A stretch of 64,000 bases of DNA from NCBI GenBank assembly GCA_023659935.1, contig JAGXOK010000001.1, positions 9,569 to 73,568 of the forward strand. Reading direction: 5' to 3'. The notes under the pieces are model-generated. The model was not told the DNA's origin. It saw only the letters and a list, made by a program, of their open reading frames with translations, and made no database searches. Each line of letters opens with the position of its first letter. Within the stretch, counting starts at the first letter, position 1. Made by a program: the position numbers and the translations under genes. Source of the stretch: Candidatus Aenigmarchaeota archaeon LH_S6. GTDB taxonomy: Archaea; Aenigmatarchaeota; Aenigmatarchaeia; QMZS01. Of the stretch, positions 55,556 to 64,000 are shown one piece after another.

Positions 55556-56341
55556 ATGTCCCCAAATACTGCAAAAATTGAAGAAAAACAAATTAATGCA
55601 GTAAAGGATTTTTGCTCGAAGATTCTAAAAGAATATAGGAGAGTTATAAAAGCAATCTGGTTGCTGAAACAGGAAACCGAGAGGTCCAAGGATTTGCTGA
55701 CAATTGTTTTACTTGATGACACAAAAAAAGTTGATGGAATTACAAAAAAGAAAATTGAAACAAAAGTTTTAGAAGAGGAAAGGAAGATCAAAAAGAAATA
55801 TGGAATTTCTCTTTATTCGAGTTTTTATTTGCTTTCTGATTATTGGGAGTTGATAAAACATGGTTCCCCAACAGTTTTCTGTGAAATCAGGGAAGGAATC
55901 CCAGTTTATGATCCAAGCGGGTTTTTTGTTCCTTTGAAAAAATTGTTGCTGCAGGGTAAAATTCCAGGAACAAAGGAAGCAATGAGAGATTTAATTGAAA
56001 AGGCTCCTGTAAGGATAAAGAGAGTTGAGACCCTGTTTAAAATTAAAATTCTAGAGCATTTGTTTAATGCTGTTGTTGAGGCGGGTCAGTCTCCTCTAAT
56101 CTTGGTTGGAGTTGCCCCTCCAACACCAAAAAAACTCGCAGAAAACCTGAAAATCCACTTTATAAGGAAAAAACAACTCGAGCCTGAATATCCAAAATAC
56201 TGCGAGCAGATTGTCAAATACTGGAAAGAGTACGAGCATAGTGAAATAAAAGTTGACTGGGAAGACATCGATGAAATTGCTGAAAAAACCGCAAAATTTG
56301 TTTCAAGAATGGAAAAATTAATGGAAATTGTTGAAAAATAG
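55556..56341 (+). CDS. nucleotidyltransferase-family paralog with degenerate catalytic motif
   Basis: Shares the central domain with the 53128 gene (...YDPS..PLK.L...G...GTKE...LIE.AP.R.K...). Its NTase motif is LLTIVLLDD and lacks the GS. Confidence 0.4.
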   Translation: MSPNTAKIEEKQINAVKDFCSKILKEYRRVIKAIWLLKQETERSKDLLTIVLLDDTKKVDGITKKKIETKVLEEERKIKKKYGISLYSSFYLLSDYWELIKHGSPTVFCEIREGIPVYDPSGFFVPLKKLLLQGKIPGTKEAMRDLIEKAPVRIKRVETLFKIKILEHLFNAVVEAGQSPLILVGVAPPTPKKLAENLKIHFIRKKQLEPEYPKYCEQIVKYWKEYEHSEIKVDWEDIDEIAEKTAKFVSRMEKLMEIVEK

Positions 56342-56481
56342 AATATTATTTCAATTAACAGATTATGAATATCAAAAATTTAGGAAAGGAAATAATTAAA
56401 AAACTGAAGGGTATAAACTATTTTGATAAACTTATCTTTGTTTATGTTTTTCTTCTAGTTTAGATTTATAATCTATATTAA

Positions 56482-58770
<2,289 letters not shown>

Positions 58771-59003
58771 AATTAAAACTTTTTATCTTTTAAATACTTT
58801 TTCTTTTAATCCAGACAGATTAATTTATTACTAAAAGGTTTTTTTTTCCCAATCTTGTAATACCCTACGGAACAAGAAGATTACAGTCACATAGGGATTT
58901 CATTTTTCTTATACTATCTTCCACCTATAACACTGATCTCCATGCAAACTTTTCTACTTCTTCTACAGTACTAAAAGTCTTGTACACAATTAGGTATATT
59001 AAT

Positions 59004-59417
59004 TTATTTTACTAATCCAAAAAAACTTTTTCCAAAGCAGTCACTAATTTCTATTTTTACACCTTTTACTCTTTCCAGTTTAGTTTCAAATACTATTGTC
59101 TTTTTTTCGGATTTTTTAAGTGGAGTTGTTATTTCCTTTACTTTTTCTTCTAAATCACTACTGGCGAAAACATAAACATTATACCTATCTATAGTTGGCC
59201 CTGTATTTTGTATTCTAAAGCTACCCTCTTTTGATGAAGAATCATAACTTACATTAAGAAATTCTACATTTATATCTTCACACAATTCTATATCTGTTAA
59301 CTGACCCTGTGTATAGCCCATAGCCCAAGTTCCGACAACTGCAGCAATTGCAGTACTAAACGCTATTAAAAGGACACTTGCAACTATCGGAGAAATTCCT
59401 TTTAATTTGTATTTCAT
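59004..59417 (-). CDS. type IV pilin-like protein (class III signal peptide)
   Basis: MKYKLKGISPIVASVLLIAFSTAIAAVV. Confidence 0.45.
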   Translation of the reverse strand: MKYKLKGISPIVASVLLIAFSTAIAAVVGTWAMGYTQGQLTDIELCEDINVEFLNVSYDSSSKEGSFRIQNTGPTIDRYNVYVFASSDLEEKVKEITTPLKKSEKKTIVFETKLERVKGVKIEISDCFGKSFFGLVK

Positions 59418-59455
59418 ATATATATTTATTCAAATAAATATAGTATAAATTGGTA

Positions 59456-60775
59456 TTATTCAGCTAAAATCCCCCTACCAGCCAAAATACCTGTTGCCGC
59501 AGCATTTATAATATCTCTTGATAAACCACACCCATCTCCTGCTGCATATAAATTCTTAACTGAAGTTTGCATATTTTTATCAATATTCAGCTTTATTGCA
59601 TAAAATTTTACTTCTGGGGCATAAAGCAGGGTTGAATCAGATGCAACTCCCGGAATAATTTTATCCAGGACTTCAAGACCATCTAAAATATCTTTTACAA
59701 TTCTATGAGGCATGGCCATTGAAATATCTCCTGGAGTTACCTCTTCCAGACTATTATTCACAGGATTTCGCTTTATTTTATCCCAGGTTGACCTCCTTCC
59801 TCTCCTCAAATCACCGAACCTCTGTATTAGTGGTTTTCCTCCTCCAATCGTGGTTGCAAGTTTTGCAATTGACCTTCCATATTTTGTTGTGTTCTCAAGT
59901 GGCTCTGTTAGATTAACCCTAACCAAAAATGCAAAGTCTGTATTCTCTGATTTTGTTTTTCTAAGAGAATGCCCATTTACAGTCACAAAACTATCCTGCT
60001 CTTCCTTAACAACAAACCCTCTCTCATTAGTACAAAATGTCCTGACAAAATCATCATAAGTTTTTGTGTAAATATGAAATTTCGGGTCTCTGTTTATTTC
60101 TGTTATAGAATTTGTAAGTATTGCGGGAACTTCTATTCTCACTCCAACATCAATCTTCCCATAAGAAAATTCAATTTTGTGTTTTTCAACCAAATTATTT
60201 ATAAACTCTGCACCAACTCTCCCGGGAGCCAACAAAATTTTTTCTGCTCTTACTTCTTCCCCATTTTTTAGAATCACTCCGTTACAGCAGTTATTTTCAA
60301 TAATCAAACCAGAGACCTCGGAATTCAACAAAAATTCTACACCCCTTTTTTCAAGGTTTGATTTAAAATTTTTTATAACTTCCGGAGAATTATCAGAGCC
60401 AATATGTTTCTGCCTTATTTCAACAAATTTTGCTCCATAAGATAAAGTTACTCTCTTTAGTCTTTCTATCTTTGTAGGATCATAATATTGTAAATCTTTT
60501 GGAGTACCATATTTAATAAAAATTTTATCAACTTGGTTAACTAAATTCCATGATCCTATTCTGTTTGTAAAATCCATAAGATTTCCACCTATTTCCGGAT
60601 TTAAATTTAAGGTTCCGTCAGAGAAAGTCCCTGAGCCTCCAACACCACACAATATATTTGTTCTTTTATCCACATCCTTGCCTTTATCAACAATTATTAC
60701 ATCTTTTTTACCTGCCAATTCATTTGCTGCAAATAGACCAGCCTGTCCTGCTCCTATTATTAAAACATCTTTCAT
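59456..60775 (-). CDS. FAD-dependent dehydrogenase (COG2509-like)
   Basis: VLIIGAGQAGLFAA Rossmann start. GGSGTFSDGTLNL motif. Confidence 0.55.
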   Translation of the reverse strand: MKDVLIIGAGQAGLFAANELAGKKDVIIVDKGKDVDKRTNILCGVGGSGTFSDGTLNLNPEIGGNLMDFTNRIGSWNLVNQVDKIFIKYGTPKDLQYYDPTKIERLKRVTLSYGAKFVEIRQKHIGSDNSPEVIKNFKSNLEKRGVEFLLNSEVSGLIIENNCCNGVILKNGEEVRAEKILLAPGRVGAEFINNLVEKHKIEFSYGKIDVGVRIEVPAILTNSITEINRDPKFHIYTKTYDDFVRTFCTNERGFVVKEEQDSFVTVNGHSLRKTKSENTDFAFLVRVNLTEPLENTTKYGRSIAKLATTIGGGKPLIQRFGDLRRGRRSTWDKIKRNPVNNSLEEVTPGDISMAMPHRIVKDILDGLEVLDKIIPGVASDSTLLYAPEVKFYAIKLNIDKNMQTSVKNLYAAGDGCGLSRDIINAAATGILAGRGILAE

Positions 60776-60930
60776 AATATTCTTTTAACTTAAAAACTTT
60801 CTTTCTTACTCTTGAAAACCTATTTTTGTTTGTGGTTTTCTGTAATTTTCTCTGAGTTTGGTTTTTGTCTAATTAAGATTCCCTAAGATACTTTAATTAG
60901 AAAACATTTAAAATTAAAACAAAAAATCTT

Positions 60931-62421
60931 ATGGAATTTGGCACAGTTGTATGCAAAGATGAAACACCCAATACAACTATATTTTATTTTGTTGCAACAA
61001 AGGAGAGTAAAGTGAAGAGGGGTTTATTTGTTCAGACAAAGACGAGGGAAGGGTTGCTTGTTGGAAGAATTGAGGAGATAACAAAGACAAACAGGTACTT
61101 TATGCAGCCTGAGACAATTTCAAATTATGAGACAAACATTAACCTACACTTTCCAACAGACAAATGGGAGTTTCTTTTGTGCAAAGTATACTGTCTCGGA
61201 ATTTTGGATGAAAGAGTAAGAAAAGCCAATTATCCTGTGTCCCCTGGAGAAGCAGTCAAACTTGCAGAGAATAAAAATTTAGAAAAATTGTTTAAATTTG
61301 ATGAGCAGGGATTAAAAATTGGTAATGTGAGTGGTCATGCTCTAGAAGTAAAACTGAATTTAAACAGACTATTTCAGAAACACATTGCTATTCTTTCTTT
61401 GTCTGGGGCAGGGAAAAGTTATGCAACTGCTGTTTTGGTTGAAGAACTGTTAAACAGGACTGATGAGCAGGGTAAAGTTGGTGTTATTATAATTGACCCT
61501 CACGGAGAATATTCAAGTTTTGCTTATGATGAAAATTTTTCACAAAAGGCAAATCTGATTAAAGGCAGGGATATCAGAATTGGAATTCCACACCTTTCCA
61601 GTTATTATTATAGACTTTTTCTTCCGAACTTGAGTTTTGCACAAGAAAGAGATCTGATAAAAATTATTGAAGAACTGAAAAAAACCGAGGATGTTTTTGG
61701 AATCAAAGAGATAATCCAAAAAATTGAGGAGAGTGAGAGGATAAAACAGGCGACAAAAGATGTTTTAATCCAGAATTTTTATTTTCTTAATTCTTTAAGA
61801 CTATTTGGTTACTATGATATCCCTTCTGTAAATACTATAATTCTCCCTGGACAGGCTTCTATTCTGGACATTTCTGAAATAACAAATGATAAGAAAAAGA
61901 AGATGGTTGCTGCCTATTTTCTAAGAGAACTTTTTAACAAAAGAGCAAAAAGAAAAACTCCTCCCTTTATTGCTTTTATTGAAGAGGCACACAATTTCGC
62001 TCCTGAAGGAAGTAGCAAGGAAAATTTCTCAAAAAATATTATAAAAAAGATTGCAAGAGAGGGGAGAAAATTCAATGCTTTACTTTGTTTAATTTCCCAG
62101 AGACCTGTTCATTTATGCACAACAAGTCTATCCCAGTGTAACACTTTTATGTTTTTGAAGATAACAAACCCTTATGATTTGAAACACATTTCAGAGAGTA
62201 GTGAGGGGATAACTAGTGAACTCCAGAGACAGATTACCTCCTTAGATGTTGGCGAGGCTGTTTTAGTTGGCGAGGCAAGCTCGTTTCCTTTGTTTATAAA
62301 AATCAGAGAGAAAAAAGTTATTGATGCAGAAACAAATAAGAGTCTTGAAGATGAGTGTATCGAATATTTGGAGAAAAAGGAAAATAGGAAGAAAGACGCA
62401 AGGGATTTGATGGGCAGATAA
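60931..62421 (+). CDS. herA: HerA-like ATPase (DUF87; FtsK/HerA superfamily)
   Basis: N-terminal barrel-like region. Walker A ILSLSGAGKSYA. Walker B VIIIDPHGEY. 496 aa. Confidence 0.55.
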   Translation: MEFGTVVCKDETPNTTIFYFVATKESKVKRGLFVQTKTREGLLVGRIEEITKTNRYFMQPETISNYETNINLHFPTDKWEFLLCKVYCLGILDERVRKANYPVSPGEAVKLAENKNLEKLFKFDEQGLKIGNVSGHALEVKLNLNRLFQKHIAILSLSGAGKSYATAVLVEELLNRTDEQGKVGVIIIDPHGEYSSFAYDENFSQKANLIKGRDIRIGIPHLSSYYYRLFLPNLSFAQERDLIKIIEELKKTEDVFGIKEIIQKIEESERIKQATKDVLIQNFYFLNSLRLFGYYDIPSVNTIILPGQASILDISEITNDKKKKMVAAYFLRELFNKRAKRKTPPFIAFIEEAHNFAPEGSSKENFSKNIIKKIAREGRKFNALLCLISQRPVHLCTTSLSQCNTFMFLKITNPYDLKHISESSEGITSELQRQITSLDVGEAVLVGEASSFPLFIKIREKKVIDAETNKSLEDECIEYLEKKENRKKDARDLMGR

Positions 62422-62453
62422 ATAGAAGTTTTCATAAAATATCTATTTAAATA

Positions 62454-63422
62454 ATGGGAGTTAACTTATCTTCAATAATACAGTCACAAAAGGTAGATTT
62501 CAATTTTTTGGTTGGGAAGAGTTTGGCAGTTGATAGTTATAATATAATTTATCAGTTTCTTTCAAGTATTAGGCAAGCTGATGGGACTCCTTTGAAAGAT
62601 GGAAAGGACAGAGTAACCTCACATTTATCCGGACTTTTTTACAGGACAATAAATCTAACTTGTAAGGGGATTGATCTGATTTTTGTTTTTGATGGGGAGC
62701 CACCTGATTTTAAAGAACAGGAAATTGAGAGGAGGAAAAAAATAAGAGAGGAGGCGAAAGAGAAATGGGAGATTGCATTGAGTGAAAGGAAAATAAAAGA
62801 AGCACAAAAATATGCGAGAATGAGCTCTACCCTCTCAGATGAGATGATTGAAGAAAGTAAACTTCTGCTAAGTTATCTTGGTTTTCCTGTTGTTCAGGCT
62901 AAAAGTGAGGGAGAAGCCCAGTGTGCAAAAATCTGCAGGGACGGAAAAGCATTTGCAACAGCAAGTCAGGATTTTGATTCCTTACTTTTTGGCTCACCAA
63001 GGATTTTAAGAAATCTCTCGATAAGCAGGGCAGAGTCCTTAGAACTAATAGAATTGGAAAAAATAGGTTTGACTAAAGAAAAGCTAATTTTGATAGGATT
63101 ATTAATTGGGACAGATTACAATCCTGGAATAAAAGGGATTGGGCCAAAAAAAGCTGTAGAATTGGTCAAAAAAACAACTTCTCTAAAGGAAATAGAAACG
63201 GAGGTAAAATGGGATTTTGGAATCTCTTTGGAAACCTTATATAATTTCTTTCTAAACCCTCCAATTTTTGAAAAATATGAGATTAAATCCAGAAAACCAG
63301 AACCAGAGAAAATAAAAAAAATACTGTGTGAAGAGCACAATTTTTCAGAGGAAAGAGTGCAGAAATTCATTGATAGATTAGGGGAAAAAGGAGGGAAACA
63401 GAGTAGTTTGGGTAGTTTTTAG
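62454..63422 (+). CDS. fen: flap endonuclease 1
   Basis: MGVNLSSII... N-domain, I-domain, acidic catalytic residues and the H3TH region. 322 aa. Confidence 0.85.
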   Translation: MGVNLSSIIQSQKVDFNFLVGKSLAVDSYNIIYQFLSSIRQADGTPLKDGKDRVTSHLSGLFYRTINLTCKGIDLIFVFDGEPPDFKEQEIERRKKIREEAKEKWEIALSERKIKEAQKYARMSSTLSDEMIEESKLLLSYLGFPVVQAKSEGEAQCAKICRDGKAFATASQDFDSLLFGSPRILRNLSISRAESLELIELEKIGLTKEKLILIGLLIGTDYNPGIKGIGPKKAVELVKKTTSLKEIETEVKWDFGISLETLYNFFLNPPIFEKYEIKSRKPEPEKIKKILCEEHNFSEERVQKFIDRLGEKGGKQSSLGSF

Positions 63423-63679
63423 TATTTACCTTATATTAACCTTCTGAATAATTTACTGGTCTAATTTTACTAGTTGTAACTTGGATTATAAACTCTCACA
63501 ATAAAAAATGTGAGTTAATATCAAAATATATATTATTTGTAATATATATAGTATTATATTTAATATAATAATTATAATAATTAGTATATACTTTAAACTA
63601 TATATATAGTAGCAACGATTGAAAAATCGCTATAAACTATTCAGTCAGGTTTTATATATATTTATATATATAAATAATT

Positions 63680-64000
63680 ATGGAAAAAGAAAAGGAGAGG
63701 TTTAGTGCATTATCTCTATTTTTAAGAGAGAAGCCTGCAAAGTTGTTGTTGGCATTAGGTACAACTGGAAAGAAAGCAAAATATGTGAGTACACTCTCAA
63801 AGGAGATAAACTGCACATATTCCCATAGTGTAAGACTTTTGGACGAATTCAAGAAATTTGGATTGGTTAAATTTATGAAAGTCAGCAGGGTAAAATATAT
63901 AGAATTAACAGAGGAAGGTAAGGATTTAATGTTGCAGTTGGAAGGGATTATCAGAAAATTGTCAAAACTCAACCCAACAGAGCTTAAAAACAAGGAAAAA
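63680..64000 (+). CDS. winged-HTH transcriptional regulator, 3'-partial at the window edge
   Basis: MEKEKERFSALSLFLREKPAKLLLALGTTGKKAKYVSTLSKEINCTYSHSVRLLDEFKKFGLV... has a wHTH-like pattern. The ORF runs off the end of the window. Confidence 0.35.
   Translation, partial: MEKEKERFSALSLFLREKPAKLLLALGTTGKKAKYVSTLSKEINCTYSHSVRLLDEFKKFGLVKFMKVSRVKYIELTEEGKDLMLQLEGIIRKLSKLNPTELKNKEK

Overview
This is a 64-kb, strongly AT-rich and compact stretch of archaeal chromosome. The gene set looks DPANN-like or like another small-genome archaeon.

Recognisable housekeeping genes: PolD large subunit DP2, RFC small subunit, TFB, FEN-1, XPD, Hef-like helicase, HerA-like ATPase, Cdc48, RtcB, Pelota, GatD and GatC, Endonuclease IV, and ribosomal proteins L2, L13, S9, S15 and S8e.

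Metabolic genes: PurF, PyrE, iPGM, both type-1 and type-2 IPP isomerases, an NAD-dependent epimerase and an FAD dehydrogenase.

The rest of the window is accessory material:
- secreted glycoprotein-like and lamin-tail-domain surface proteins, and three type-IV-pilin-like proteins
- several toxin-antitoxin modules (AbiEi/AbiEii, two HEPN/MNT pairs, a frameshifted RelE with its antitoxin, a PIN protein)
- a 37-nt-repeat CRISPR array with only Cas6 adjacent
- gene remnants (TnpB fragment, B12/radical-SAM fragment, truncated COG1373 ATPase, frameshifted Nudix)

The most unusual signals are:
- three tRNA genes (Arg-CCT, Ser-TGA, Thr-TGT), each interrupted by non-canonical introns in the D-loop, and two also in the T-loop
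- a recurring TTAACCAA hairpin motif inside those introns and in intergenic DNA
- a 116-nt element shared between the CRISPR array and a satellite repeat-X-repeat locus whose repeats carry a 52-nt twin-palindrome insertion
- a direct-repeat-flanked AbiE islet inserted at the 3' end of a surface-protein gene
- a three-gene nuclease cluster (Cas4-like PD-(D/E)XK plus two RNase-H-like exonuclease paralogs)
- a divergent propeptide-less proteasome beta-like Ntn hydrolase
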